A stretch of 64,000 nt of DNA. Origin: Antedon mediterranea. Its lineage: Eukaryota > Animalia > Echinodermata. Positions 48,601 through 63,517 of this stretch are shown piece by piece. The position numbers were made by a program, and so were the translations under genes. The stretch spans positions 13,826,001 through 13,890,000 of the forward strand of contig NC_092671.1 of the NCBI RefSeq assembly GCF_964355755.1, in the 5' to 3' direction. The notes beneath the pieces are model-generated. The model was not told where the DNA came from, made no database searches, and worked only from the letters and a program-made list of their open reading frames with translations. How positions within the stretch are numbered: the stretch's first letter is position 1; every line of letters begins with the position of its first letter.

Positions 48601-51600
48601 TTGCAATGAATGAGATGAAGACACCAAAATCAGAAATCAGAAAGCGAACCTAAAAACAATGTATTTAATAATTAAATCACAATGATTTTGAATTATATTT
48701 TGAATTCGTTTTAGTTTTCGTTTATTCCTATACTCATAATTGCATACGTTACATCACATCAATTTGTTTTTTAATGACGTCTTACCCATGATGGGAAGAA
48801 TCTAGAAAACCTGAACATCTTTGTTGACATAGCAAGAACAAACGTCACAAGGAAGAGGATTACAGAGAAGAAAAATACATCTGGCACTGGCATATCCTCA
48901 CAGTAATCTCCTTCGAGCTCTCCACCAGTGTCCTGACATTCCCCTGGAGAGACCATTGCAAAACTGCTGTTGACGTCAGTGTTGTTGTCTAAACACATAC
49001 AGTCATACACTGGATATGGATCGTATAATTCCAGATTTCTGTGATTCGATTAAAAAGAATGAATTAGAAAAGATGTTTTAATTTTCAATATATTACCTAA
49101 ATGATAACATTAATGTCGCCATTATGTTTTGGGATTGTTGTTGTTGGTAGTATTGATATTATCAATATCATTATTGTGAACAATACCATGTGATTACCAT
49201 CATCATATTCAAATTTTACAGTTGAGACACTTATTATAAATGGGTCATACCTATTAAAGGAACACTTTCTGTAAAACAAACGAGAGGCAATGTATATGTA
49301 TTAACATTACAACCAAAGGAACCTCTATCAAGGAGACACTTTGTTAGGTCCTGAAGCCTGATATTTCTACTGTATCTATTAAAATACTCAACTCACCTAG
49401 CAACAGGATATTCATGCAACACGTCAATCATATTATGGAACGCCTCAGCTATAAAAATGAACGAAATCAAAGCCGAGAAAGATTCTTCCGTAAAACGAGT
49501 AAAGTATCGAACCAATGCACTGGCATCTGTCGCAACAAGCACTATACATAGAAAGCACGTCCATATACCAATCCATAGACGAAATGATAAATAGTACCAC
49601 CCTAAGCTCCTATAAAAAATTACATTTACAACCATGTTGTTATTACTTTTAGTATTAGTTCGTAGTAAGTTAAATGTATCGACATATGATATTACAATAT
49701 ATAAATAAAAAAACATTGGATCCATATACAGTATTGGTAATAACGACTAATTATAACTATTTTTAGGTATTAGGTACACGCTAGTTACGAAATTCATATT
49801 ACTAAAAAGCTGTACTTACTCGCAAAGCTTAAACATAATTTCCTCAAAAATTAGGATGGGTCCTGTACTTCCAATAATGGTGAGAGGTTGTCCCGAAAAT
49901 AAATGATACATAATACCACAGATAGCAGCGCCTAATAAACTTTCAAATGCTGCCTGAAAAAGCAAAAAGACATTTTTGACACAACTAATAAACGTTTAAT
50001 TAAGGATACAGGATGTTTTTTAAAATATCTGATTATTACTTATAGACAAATTAAACTTACTATATTATCATTTGTGGCAGCACCCAGAAGACCTCCAAAT
50101 GTAATGATAGGTGTAATACAGGCGATGTACATAAAGATGAATGACGCAAAACATTGGATATTCAACGCGTCCGTGAAATCACTGAGGTAGAAAGGAGCTT
50201 TGGTTTTTATGTCTTCCAGCAAACCACCAAATATCCTATAGACATAAATTCAGAGTTAGATTTCATGATAATATATTTAGAAAACTACTTTTAAACATTT
50301 AAAAGTAACCAATCTATAATATACCACAACGAATAGATACACATAACGGTACCGTACATAACCATACTAGTGTCACTGAAAAAAAAAGATAAGGAATTTT
50401 ATTGTAAAGGGAAAAAAAAGTGTCAAAAAAATGAATTACTTTCCCGTTCTTTGAAGCGTAAAACCGTGCCCTTCTTCCTCCTTCTCATTATCTTCACCTT
50501 CTCCATCAAGTCTTCTTCGTTTATCTTGTGATATGGTCTGCTTTGGCGGTTCGATTCTAATTGAAGGATCCCAGCTGCCTATTTAATAGCGAATTAAAAC
50601 CATAGTTTAAAGCGCATTGTTTGCTGTAGGAAAATACATTCTTGACACAAATGTATGTACGTTACACCAGCATTTACTATCGGTATTTTTTTATGTGATA
50701 GATTCTCTCTTTTAACTCCTTCTTAAAATACATACCTGGAGGAAGGACAGTTACTTGATCCATGAACTCATCGATACCAGCCAGCAAATCTTCTCTGCTT
50801 CTTGCTTTGTATGCAACCTCTTGGAAAACCTGTAATGTTATAACCAGAACATTAGCATTAAACGTTGCCTTGTCAAGTACATAACACATAGACATACTTT
50901 CTTCTGCTAATGGACACACTTTTCGATTTTCAAATCATCACTTCTACTAAAGATATAAGATACAAACCGTTGCTTACTTCGTCAGACATAAGTGTGGCGA
51001 TACACCTTCCAATTTCGTGGTAACGTCTGTTGTTTTTTGTTGGTGGTCCAAGTAGAAGGAAGACAAATCTTGTTGGGATTGGAACTTCAGTAAGATCATG
51101 CAAGATAGAGCCCTCCTGAAGACGCACAAATGCTGTCATTGGTGTTTTCAAAAACTCCACTTCTCCAACAAGAACATTGGCTGCTTCAGATCCCGCTGGT
51201 ACTTTCTTCATAAATTTTGCCTAAACGAAATTTAAAAAATCAACATTATTTCGATTTTGAAAGAATTAGTTTTTATTCCATTTTCTACGATAAAAATTGG
51301 CTTAAATACGTAAATGAAATCATATCTTACGGTGGCTGATCGTTTTTCTTTGTCTTCAAACTCTAACGTGCCAAACGACCCACGACTGGTGGCACTGCTC
51401 GCCAGATTGTCTGATGATCTATTATACTTGCCAAAGTTAGGCAATGATGCATTTTTCCTGATTCCGCCACTTTCTGCGTCTTTTGCTAATGCAACTGAAA
51501 ATAGATATGAAACTTGTAGATTTCTAAAAGATGTATAGGCCTGTATTGATACCCACTGTTTTTAAGTCAAAAAGTATTCAAATCCCTGGAAAATATATTA

Positions 51601-53728
51601 TTATAATTTATTGTATCAAAGACAAAACATCCTTCACACAAAATGGCCCTACTGTATACGTTATGACACCTACCTTGCTCCATACTTGCTGAGCCAGACC
51701 CACTAGCAGTTCGTCCAATCTCAGATAGTGTTCTGTCGATTCCAGGGTACAAACTGCTTCTTCGCCGGCCCATGTACTTATCAGTCTGCTTTTCTGATTT
51801 TGTCTTCTTCTGCTTGTGATGTCTATGACGCTGGAGAATAGCATCACGAACACTAGCTCGATCATTCTCCTCCAACATACCACGGTTAATTATGTTGTCC
51901 AATGTAAGATCTACGATAGTACAAATACATACAATAAATACAAATGTTCGATTCTTGATTAGTACTAGTTTCTTCTATTTAATATTTCAAATTATTAATT
52001 TCATATATCACTATGTGTTAAAGTTCCATTTTTTGCTGCGTAGTAGCTATTTATATTCTGGACAGCAAATCGACCTCCCGTCACACTTCATTGCTTGTCA
52101 GATCCGAAAGTTCATTGTTTGTCTACAAAATATGGCCCAAGACGACCTAGCCTAAGTTTACGGCTTTCGCTTTCTGCGGGTGAAATCAGTTATTTGATTG
52201 TAGGCCTACACTTAGTTCATAGGAGGTATTTTTTTTATCCAATGAGAAGCGTTCTAATATAGAAATTTGATTTAGGAGGGTCCTGCGTCATCACTAGGCC
52301 ATAGTCATCCGCACAACACTCATTTCCACTTTCTAGTTACTAATCTCTTACGTAAAAGTAAACTGTTAACCTACTAGTGATTTCTATTAAATTCTCAGCA
52401 TCCATGTCCAACATTACCGATCCATTCTTGATACACCTTCTTAGCTCAAATAGACTGTGCATAGATAGTGCAGCGACGTGGGGCTTACTCCATCGACCAG
52501 CCCCATGATCTACATTCTCTTCGTACTTAATCCACCTGAAAGAAACCAAGAAGAAATCGTAGGTTGTTCAAAATCACATTATTTATGGTTTTCCTCACGA
52601 TATTACGCCTCGTTCCTAAGGTAATATATTACATGTTTCGAATTGTTTCTTAAAAATCAGCAATTTCACGTCAAGATATTATGAGCAAAATCCAATCAAA
52701 AAGTTGAATAACAGTCATCACCACCTCCTCATATTAATACCCCAACCAAACTTAATTATCAGCAATACCAAATGCAACTCTGCAATATACCTGGCTGTTT
52801 CTTTCCATTCAAGTACCTGGCCATTCTCATCATAAAACAACTCCTCCATTTCAGAAAAGATTGGGTGCCTTGGACCTTCTTTTTCCTCGTCGTCACCATA
52901 ATGTTCTCCCTCACCAAGTAAAAAATGGACTCGTTCCGAATACTCCTCTGTAAAAAATACCATTGTCATTTTTATTTTGATCGATTTTCTGATTTAAACT
53001 TTAAAAAATTTGACCTATACATATATACCTGGTACTTACAGTGTATTGAAGGATTGGCTGAAAATCGAAAATGAGTCGTTAATACCTCACATATGCCATC
53101 AACAAAAGACTCGTTGGTTGGTTGTCTATCCCATCTTACATGCAATATGTGCATACTGTAGTGGCAGTGACACGCCACTTATAAATCTTTCCACTCCGTC
53201 TAATTCATAGTTATATTGTACTTACTTCCTCCACTCAAAAAATCTCCACCGTTTGGTAACTCCTTTGTAACGTTGCCATTACCGGTACTTTTTTTGGGTT
53301 CTCTGTGTCTGTCTCTTTCATCTTTTTTGTTACGTGAATGTCTTATTGGTAGATGTATTCCAACACACATATCTCTATGGTTACCTACAAGAAACCATAT
53401 TAAGTTCATGAAAAAACTGATATCTAAAATATTAGCCTACATCCAGTTTTCTAATTTCTTTTTTTTCACTGTGTTCCCTAACGTCACTCGTCACAAATAT
53501 GTCTTATTAACTAATATACTTCCAGCCGATTCTCGTACGATCAAAAGACATGAAACTGCAGGCGCTGTTTTATGTATCTAGATATAATACCGTACGAAAA
53601 TCGTTAAATGCCGTTCACTATCACTTACTAATAGCATTTTGAATTTCACGGTTATCACGTCCAAGCGAAGCACACCGTGTGTCTACTATCACCTCGTTAT
53701 TATCGTCTCCAGTCGGTATCGACATCAT
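42622..53728 (-). CDS. SLC4 Na+-coupled bicarbonate transporter (SLC4A7/8/10-like), ~1126 aa
   Basis: 22 phase-consistent coding exons: 53728-53629, 53384-53226, 52947-52791, 52535-52375, 51910-51674, 51494-51331, 51220-50978, 50829-50736, 50578-50440, 50235-50061, 49953-49820, 49609-49397, 49038-48786, 48649-48536, 48416-48249, 48136-47958, 47558-47486, 44729-44661, 44301-44128, 43493-43350, 43194-43061, 42718-42622. Motifs [44 protein letters not shown] (Na-coupled rather than AE type), four-Cys EL3, PDZ-ligand end ETKL*. Confidence 0.95.
43858..44050. mobile_element. PIF/Harbinger-type MITE
   Basis: TAA TSD; TIRs AGGCAAAATCAGACTGCGTCGTACGA / AGGCCAACTCAGATTGCGCCGTACGA. Confidence 0.72.
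44814..47364 (+). mobile_element. Non-autonomous Helitron in an SLC4 intron
   Basis: A|TC...hairpin...CTAG|T; the first ~1 kb is the reverse complement of the 26.5-29.2 kb copy; internal duplication of ~45088-45390 at ~45849-46205. Confidence 0.85.
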
Positions 53729-54504
53729 CTCGAAGTAAGGTATACACTACGCTTCAGAATAGTGCCTATATCTGAAATATATAAGAATGTTAATATGCCT
53801 TGAGAAAAAATCGGTTGTTTTTACATACTGTCCCTGATTTGTTTTAAATGATGATCAATAACAGGTTTTAAAAATGTGCATGTGATTCCCATTCTCGTTT
53901 TGTAATGCAAAACACTCAGAAATAAAGCTCTATAATCGAATAAAAAAGTAAAACCTTATTATTGATTATAATCTGTCTTTTTTTTTTTTTTTTTTTATTG
54001 TACCGGTTCAATATCCAAATGATGTTTCCCTATTCTACACTATTCATACGTTGGGTAACCCGGATGTTTCTATTATCCGTATGACATTAACGTACAATAA
54101 CAACCATTCAATAATTGAGGTATACTGTACACATGGGTTAAATAACAAATCTCCAACTCTAATTACTAAATATTACATGTTAAATTCAGACGTTGATGAT
54201 GAATTCTCGTACCAACTTCTAGCTACCACCGTAATAATTATTATTGATCCAACACACGAATGTATGACAATTTTAACAATGACAAATAGATTGATAAATT
54301 ATTCAAAAAAATAACTAACCAGAGCCAGTATATCACACCGGATATCAAAATCATGCTCAAGTGAAAGTTTGACAGTAAAATCCAGAAAATGTTGTTTGCC
54401 TTTCATAAACAAGGAATTAAAAAACACCAAAACATGCATATTCATATATATTCATGAGACGTTTTTTTTCAATTAATAACGGATCGGAGTTTCTGAACTT
54501 AAAA

Positions 54505-54660
54505 TTTGGTTACGCCTAGGAACGCAACGCAGGGACGTAGACGCAAATTAAGCGATTTGATCAATAGACAGTTCGAATAAACCATCGTTGTGATTGGTCA
54601 AATTACTTGCGTTGCGCTTACGTACGTTTTTGCGTTGAGTCCAAATAGGAACCAAACTTA
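54505..54660. mobile_element. Small palindromic MITE family (also ~42795-42860 partial, ~61746-61895)
   Basis: Shared GCAACGCA..GACGTAGACGCA motif with inverted termini. Confidence 0.55.
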
Positions 54661-56707
54661 AGGATTAGAAATAAACAGAACATTATGATAACGTGGATGA
54701 AGTGTGAAACACAAAAAGGAAGCTGCGGTTAGAAGTAATATCACAAATGACGAATACTCTTAGATGACCAGCTAAATAGTCTGAAACGTGTGGAGGTTGC
54801 CAAATTGATATTTTACATACAAAGGTCAAGAAAGGGTATTTTGTAAAATTAAGTCTTAATTATCTATTTCCCCCCAGACATCTAAGAGTTTTATATTTTC
54901 GTTAAGCCTACACAAGGCAACCTGATGGGCCTGCTATATAATATATTTTCAAATAACATAACAATATAACTTACGGAAATATTAGAAAAAAATATAATAA
55001 GGAAATCTTATATTTCGTCGGTTTCCATCACAAATTAGATGCTCATGGCGCATTGACACAGCAATGCAATTAATGAAATCATGTAGTAAAGTCAAAGTCC
55101 GAGCTGATGATAAATGTCTTAAGCAAACAATCTCGATGCTATCTTTGATGTGGGCATGACTTTAAAGGCCATGTTAGTCAAATTTCTAATTCATCATCTT
55201 TTCATTTGAGAAAAATTTGTGCAGGATAACATAATTTAGAAAAGAAAAGATCACACAATTTTTGTTTTTCAATATGGTCCTGAAATGAAACAACTTAAAA
55301 AAAATAAAAAAATATAACAATTAGTAAATATAGAACGTTAATAATAATACGTGGGAAATACAATTATTTTTTAAAGAAATGCTTTGTATAATTAATTTTA
55401 AAACTATTTACAGACAAACTTTCTTGAATTTTTACAAGGATCTTATTCTAAGCTTTTGCTTCTGAAATCTTTAGCGATCCGTTCATTAATAAGCACTTTG
55501 GCATAGGTGGTTTAACATATAAGACAAAAAACATTAGAATATACTGCTACAGTTTAACATATATCATAGTTATCGAAAATAATTATGAGATGAGTCATAA
55601 ACAGTGTGAACATTTATTATTATGAGCGACAGCTAAATTCATAATGAAGTTTAATCCGTTATTTTGTATACAAAGTGTCAATGTGACGGGAAATTATTAC
55701 AAATTGTATCGGGATGATGTCACAAAATAAACCAAATGTGACAAATATTACGGTACCAAGGAAGAGTGACATTATAATTATTGAAGTCATTTCACTCCCT
55801 GATACTACTCAATGTTCGACAAGATTTAACGTTTGGTTCCCGGTACAATAATTCACGTATGTAACAAAAAACTTAATAAATTCAACCGTCACATTAGCAC
55901 TTACAGCAAGGGCGTGGGCGCAAATGAGTTTACCAGAGTAATCACAAGCGATAGTTCTGTGGATGATGGTCCATCGTGTCGTAAATGCTCAAATTACTTG
56001 TGCGTTTACGTACGCTTCTGCGCTGTGCGCTTCCAAGTGAAAACCAATCTTAAATAGTGAAAACTTTGTTACGAAAAAATGTAGCAGCACCTGTAATACC
56101 GTTGATCAATGGGACAAATTTGCTATCAAATGCGAATTACAAAGTGCGAAGTTACGTAAGACATGGTTTATAGAGGTTTTAACAAAATCATTACAAAATA
56201 TACAATGGTATTGCAATTTTTACAATGTTTAGCCGATAATTTATTAAATGGTGACATATTGGATACATAGTTGACACGGAATCATTTCTGAATAGGATAT
56301 ATAGATAAGAATGCTTTGTTGTCTTTTACAGGTCTATTTTGAGTTTTGTTTTGATAGGAGCATATCCTATAAAACATACATTGCTAAAGATTAAACAGTA
56401 TTTACTAACAAAATAATGCAAACCGTTTGTAGAGATAAACATTAACCGATGCAAATACAGACCTCTTGAAATCCTATGTAGGGTAAGGGTTCGTACAAAC
56501 AAAATAAACACCTTAGAGGCAATTATTCTAAGGATGTTTGTGTTTTATCATAAAATGTGTAAACGGGTTGTAAATATAAATAGTAGAATAACAGAATTCA
56601 AGTCAACACCTCAACATCCTATTTAAACAAAGTTGATACGTTACTACGCACGTTAAATTAAAACATCTTTTTGTAGGTCTAAACTTATTCCGGAACATAC
56701 ACTATTA

Positions 56708-57107
56708 AGGCCCGTTCACACTAGGACGATAACGATCGACGATAATAGACAATAATTTGCATTTTTCATACATAAAATAAAAGAAATATAAAACCTTTTC
56801 ATTCTAGAACTATAGAATAACCATCTATGCTTCCTTTGATGAAAATTATATTTTCAGACGTCCAATCAAATGACGTCATGATTAGTAAGAGCAATAATAT
56901 CGTGACAATACAACGATTTTATTATTTTTATGTATCATGACGTAATTTGATTGGAATTTTAAAAATATTTTTATTATCAAAGACAGCATAAATGATTATC
57001 CTATAGTCCTAGAACGAAACCCTTTCTAATTTCTTTTGTTTTATGTTAAAAAAATGCATGCTTATATATTTATCGTCGATCGTTATCGTCCTAGTGTGAA
57101 TGGGCCT
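56708..57107. mobile_element. PIF/Harbinger-type MITE, near-full palindrome
   Basis: TTA TSD; TIR AGGCCCGTTCACACTAGGACGATAACGATCGACGATAA. Confidence 0.85.
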
Positions 57108-57339
57108 TTAAGAGCATATTGTTATTCTATAAAGTAACGACAAAAATGTGATTCCTTATTATAGTAGGTACTAATAATTGTTCCATTTTAAAATAACTTA
57201 AACGAATTTGTGTCGAATACATCAGATGATACACACCACTAATTTAATATTGTTTGCTACACAGACACATTCCAATAAGTATTGAAAACATTCCTACAAA
57301 TGCTTGTAAATTTAGGTTATCTATATAATTGCTACTTAC

Positions 57340-57515
57340 CAATAAATTATACGATATATAAAGTTTCCCCTGCCAGCAGGAGCAATGCTCATCCAAGAAC
57401 GTAAAATTCAAAAAATCACTCCCTAGCCTGAGTCATTTGAGTAGAGGAACAAGTTTAGCAAAGTTTTTGCTTATAAATGCGGAAAGGACGCGGCCACGGT
57501 TACTGAGTCATACTA
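57340..57515 (-). promoter_or_regulatory. Candidate SLC4 promoter and non-coding first exon
   Basis: Consensus donor GTAAGT at 57339; TTTATAA at ~57472-57478; two TGACTCA (AP-1) sites at ~57429 and ~57504. The ATG exon (acceptor 53771) has stops in all frames upstream of the ATG, so a 5'UTR exon is required. Confidence 0.35.
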
Positions 57516-58502
57516 CGGATGGTTAGATTAAGCCAAATTTGGAAAAGAGGAAAACATTATTATAACAAGCCAAGGTGCTGAATTTGTAACTCAGTTGTAC
57601 AAGACAAAACTGAGCACCCTTCGGACATAAATGTGATTTTCGCATCATATGGAAAGATGTTAGGAATTAGAATCACACTTTGTGCAAACAAAAATACTCA
57701 AGAATATGCTCCTCAAATCTAACTAAAATTGCACGCGAGTATCTTGCGTGTTATTGTATACAACACTAAGCAGTTACCTATAGGTTCTAGTTGTACAGTT
57801 CCATCACTTCATTGTGGTCTCATTTTGTTCTCTCACTCTTGAACGATAGGTTTAATCGTGTACTTTGATTTCCATGAGAATTCGATAATGAAAATTGCAA
57901 TGTTTATATAATTATAGCAAGTTGCCTACATATTTGTTTACTATGATTGTTACATAAGAAAAAAAATATAATCGAACGATTCCTTCTTTTAAATTTACGT
58001 TTATAACAAATAAAAAAGCAAATTCCTCTGGCGCACATTTTATATGTTAGAGAATGATACTAAAACCACTACTGGTACGTTGCACAGAAAAACAATAAAA
58101 ATGGAAAAGCAAGAAAGAACTGTTGAAATTTGCATTAGTTTTATGGTTCACACGATTTTTCATCAAAACTGCAATAATTTTCTAGAGTTCAGAAGGATAG
58201 GCTAAAAAAACCAATGGACGGTAAAATAAATATTAACCCTAATCATAACAGCCAATACTGCAACTAAAAGAGTTTTTAAATAAGATAAAGATGGGGGAAA
58301 AGGAACATAGCTCCAGTACACCATCTCTTGAATCCTCACGTCACCAAATGTCTTGTTTTAGACATTCACTCTTATTTAGTTTATCCAGGGAGTCGTTAAT
58401 CGGAGCTACTGTACCAACTGTATATATGCGTATGACGAGGGAAGAGTAACTCTTCCGATCCTTGGCATGACTAATTTTCAGAAAGACAAACAAAATGAAT
58501 TA

Positions 58503-58925
58503 CCGTAAATCTTCTAATAGTAACCCACACTCTAATAGTAACCCACTTTATAAGTCAATCTATAATAATAACCCACTACTCAAATAGTAACCCATAGTGG
58601 TTACTATTAGAGTCACAAAATCTATTGATCGTTTATGATGCAGCCGTACTTTGAAAATAAGGAATTAATGCATATTTATCTCGGGAGTGGGGGAAGGATT
58701 AAGTGTTTTTTAGTTCAACCAAATTTGTTTATTCGTACTGTTTTATAATTTTGCTATGAGTTGCTGACCGGAAAAGTTGGGGGTGGGTAACTATTTTCAG
58801 GTGCTTAAATTAAGATTAGTAATAGTAACCCACTACTCTAATAGTAACCCCCCTTCTAATAGTAACCCACCCTAAAAAAACAATCAAAGAATAATAACCC
58901 AGGGTTACAATTAGAAGATTTACGG
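58503..58925. mobile_element. Tc1/mariner-pogo-type MITE
   Basis: TA TSD; TIR CCGTAAATCTTCTAAT(A/T)GTAACCC; repeated TAATAGTAACCCAC motif. Confidence 0.8.
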
Positions 58926-61900
58926 TATTAACAGTGAACAAATATTCTATAGTATTAAATATTACAAAAATAATACCTTTGTCCAAACGGGAATACCACT
59001 GTTGTGGTCATCAAAATAATGAAATCTTTCAAAATACGCAAGATGACTAGCTGTATATCAAAATGATACTATGATTGTTCAGTTGTGTCATTTCAATTGG
59101 TTATCAAGGTCCAAATAATGTGTTATCTGTGGTTTAAATAGATGAACCAACCAACAAGTGTTATGGCGGTTTACATTTTGGGTAGGAAATCGTATCACCT
59201 TCAACCGGGGACAGAGTCCAATACACATAATCACTGTGGGCCATCAGTTGAAAGTTAATGTACATTAAAAGAATAACTGTTAGATCTATTAATAGCCTGA
59301 GTACGTTTTGTATGAATACTGTATGCAGTGTAGTACAACAGTAGGCGTACCACGCCGTGCAGTTGCGTAGACCTGAATACTGAATTGATCAAAATACAAC
59401 TTTGGCGTGCCATATACACCATTTTTTAACAAATGACCTAATTATACTAGAATGATGTTTTTTTTTCAGCAGGTTATTAAAGTGTACAGTAGTCATGCTA
59501 ATATCTGTATAACAAATAGTACAAAACAATAATGCAATTAAAATGTGTTTATAGGATTAACAATTTGACCAATTTATTATTCACTAAAAATTATGAAAAC
59601 AAATTTGCGGTTAGGTAAGAAAAAATAAGTGACACATTTTAAATTCATCAGCACTTAAAATATCAACTAATCACGGAATGAAACCAATAAATATAGGATA
59701 CTAAAAATGTAAAAGATATTTCAGGGTATAACCACATAAAATAAATAGGAAGTATCATATATTTATCGGCGATAACTTAAGATATTTACACCACAAAAAT
59801 ATCAAGGTTGCTTAATCTTTCAACGGCGGTTCGCGCGCCCAGTCTTTTCTAACGGAAATAATCACATCACTTAAATATCATCATAATATAATAATATAAC
59901 ATCAAGAACCTTTTAGGAACTGTATGTACTATTGGAATGCATTACTTTATTACTTGTAAAATGCTTAACTAGCACGTGAATAACAGTGGCAGATCCAGTA
60001 AGCGCAACATTTTTAAGAAACGAAAACTTGTTTAATAGTTGACGTGTACACTTCCCAATGACCCAAACATGTCATCAAACCAACCAATCAAAACAACGTC
60101 TCCCCCTCCCCCTCCAAATAAGCAATATCTTTCTCATCGTGGATCTGTCACTGAATATCACCTAAAAATGTAATAACCCATTATCTATTTGTTCTATACT
60201 GAATAACAAACACATTTTACATTGGTTTAAATGTTGTAAGGAAGCACTTTCATTTCTCCACAAAACGGTGTCGTTTTATACATAATCTAATGACACACTA
60301 CAGATGGAGGATACGTGGTCCAACTCAATTTTGAATACATTGACTGTATACAACATTCCACTATTTAGCAAAGCACCACATCTTATATCTAATCCGGCAT
60401 GTAATACAATAGTGTTAAATCAATTGGGAGTACTGAGCAGAGAAATATTACATGTTTAACTGAAGTAATTGTCATCTATAATAATATTATGTCGAGTCCT
60501 ATTGAATTGTCATTCAGAGAGTTTTGTCAAAATATTCTCAGTTTTTGTCTATCAAGCTTAAAATGTATATTCTTATATTTGCATATTCATGTTCTTAATT
60601 AACCCAGAATTATTCGGATCTACAAGATGATGCCATTGTTTACCTCGGTTACGTTTAGGATTCCCATATTCCCTGAGTACACTAATATTATCACATCCAT
60701 CGAAATATCCGGGATTCGGAATTGTAATATATCATTGTATGAAATCTAGTTTCTTATTTTACTTTACCAAGCTTAGACGTACCGGTAGGCAATACGAGGA
60801 CCTGCCATACCCAGTAAAGAGCTTAATACAAACACCTCTAATACTTGCCAACATTTATACTTAAATTAAACCTACATATTACTACTTCAGCTTCTATTAA
60901 TTTTTAGAGTACCGTTAATATCGCAATTTACTCATAACCTAAAATGCAAGTTTATTTAAAGCACTACTACAATTAACACTTTATTTCATGTGGTATACGA
61001 TTGGGTAGACGTCACTATTTATTTGAATTATGTAATTTTTCATAGTTTTAATGAATTCGTCTTACGAGTACGGTACTATACAACATGAAAGGAAATACAC
61101 TAAATATTTGAGTATAACGCATATATTTACGTTTACCAGTTGCATTTAAAACTAAAGTATATCGGAAAGAAAATGGTGAATGAACAAAAGTGGTGGATAC
61201 ATCGTAGGAAAGAATCTATCAAGTACTAAATGTTACAATATTCAATCACATATTGATGCATGTAATTTCCCCACTGACCTTTTATACATATGATAAAATG
61301 CCACTTAATTTTACTCCGATAATAGTAGGCCTACTTTTTGTTTCTGTTTTCATTTATTCCACATTATTTGACGTCATTGACTGCATAAGAACAGTGTCTT
61401 ATATTAATCCACTATTTAGACTCAGCCTCATAAGCCCATAATCCATAAAGATCTAACCTACATACATTAAATATAATATATGTTTAATTGGTACAATAAG
61501 TATAATCCTATATCATATTATATACTCCACTGAATGAAACAGACTTCACCCGAATAAAAAAATACTTTCTGCAGAAATGTACAGGTTCTATTATATTTCA
61601 TTTCAACAAGGTGGTGGGTAAAATGGAAGGACCGGTGGGTTTGAAGGGAGGGGGGTTGGATGTTTACTATTAACTGTACATGTCTCCCTTCAAACTAAAG
61701 CTGAAAGAGCTCAATAAATGGAAATAGAACAACGATGTGCATAATGCTTGGTCCCCATTAGAGACGCAACACAAAGACATAACGCAATGTAGCCAATCAC
61801 AAGCTATGGATTATTCGAACTGTTGCTTGTTATTGGTCAACTCGCTTACGTTGCGTTTACGTCCTTGCGTTACGTCCTAGTGGGGACCAAGCTTAACAGT

Positions 61901-63517
61901 TTGAAATGTGTAGTGCGACGACAAATGGGTATTTTAATTCAACATGATCTTTTATCAGAGAAAAAATATATTAGTATAAATATGCACACAAATCTGATTC
62001 AAATACAAGATCTATGAACATACCCTTATCTTGATTTTTAACTTACACTATGTAAAGAAAACGTAAAATCTGTTGGTCCCAATGTGAGCTTGGATTAGAC
62101 CTACTATAGTAGAATATAGTGATCACTGGCTTCACTTAACTTTTTGAATAAAAAAAAAACATTATTTAATTACGGAGGATCATAACAGTATTGCCAAATT
62201 ATGGTGGTAACTATTTTTTCTCTTAAAACATTTTATCTATTTAAAAAATACCTATTTTAAGACAAAATCATGCATGTTTTATCAATAGTAAGTGTATTAA
62301 ACGTGTACAACCTCAAATCTATAATGATTACACAGTAGTAAAAATGTGGGACACCTTCATTAAGAAGACACTTTTCTGTGAAATGAAAGAGGGGAAATAT
62401 ATTTTTCACCACTACGGCAACCCTTAATAAGGTGACATTTGTTGAGGCCTGAGGGTGTCATCTTAATCAGAATTCTACTGTAATTCAATCAAACAAACTT
62501 ACAAAACAAATTAATGCGATTAAACAGAATACCTTTTTCTAAAATCATAAATAATAAAAAATTCATTATTTAACTTTTGCAAGTGCAATATACATTTTTT
62601 CCATAGATAAGATACAATTAATCTAACTAATGAATTTTAAATAAAAGGCTGGTTTCCACAAGATTGCTACAAAGTTCCATGCAGCAATACTGTGGAAAGA
62701 GTCATATTAATCTTTACTGTACAATTAACTAAAGCACTTAATAAATTAAATTGCGAAAAAAACAAATTGCTTTACTATAAAAAAAAAAGAAAAGAAAGAA
62801 AAAGTACAGTATGATAATAAAACAAAAAAAGGTATTGAAAAAATGAAAGTTATTTTAATGAAAATAACAATTTTTGTAAATTGGTGATCAATAAAATGTA
62901 ATGAACAATTAACAAATGATGATTTTACAATTGCAGATTAATCAAAATGATCGTGTAAATGATAATTAAAATCATATATATGATCAAATATTGTGACTAA
63001 TCAAGATTTCAATGATTATGATGTGTCATGTCCAATGTTAGTCGTCTTTTCTATATTTATAGCGTTAGCGTGAAAATTAATAATTGCTCATTTGTAAATT
63101 TACAATGTATTGTTTGATTATAGTTTTGCAAACTAGTGATGTTTCAGTGATTTTCAACGTCGTTTGAAATCGCATTCTTTACCGACGCGAGTCAGAGTGT
63201 GCATACTTTTGATACTCCATCGAATTTCATGAAATCATACAAGATTTCAATGATTATGTCATTGATGATATTCATTCATCTAAGTTCCCACCACCATGCA
63301 TGTTACATATCAATCAGAACTAAAATTATTATATATATATATCTATAAACTTTTGTATTACCAGGCTTAACTATAGTCTTGCTATAAATAGAATGAATTT
63401 TTTTTTGCCATTCATGTGAAATATATTGCTGATAAAATTTCAGGTTTTCTTGAAACTTTGAATGAGATAGAAGTTCAATGATTGATAATAATAACAATAA
63501 CCTTCGCTTCATTATTT

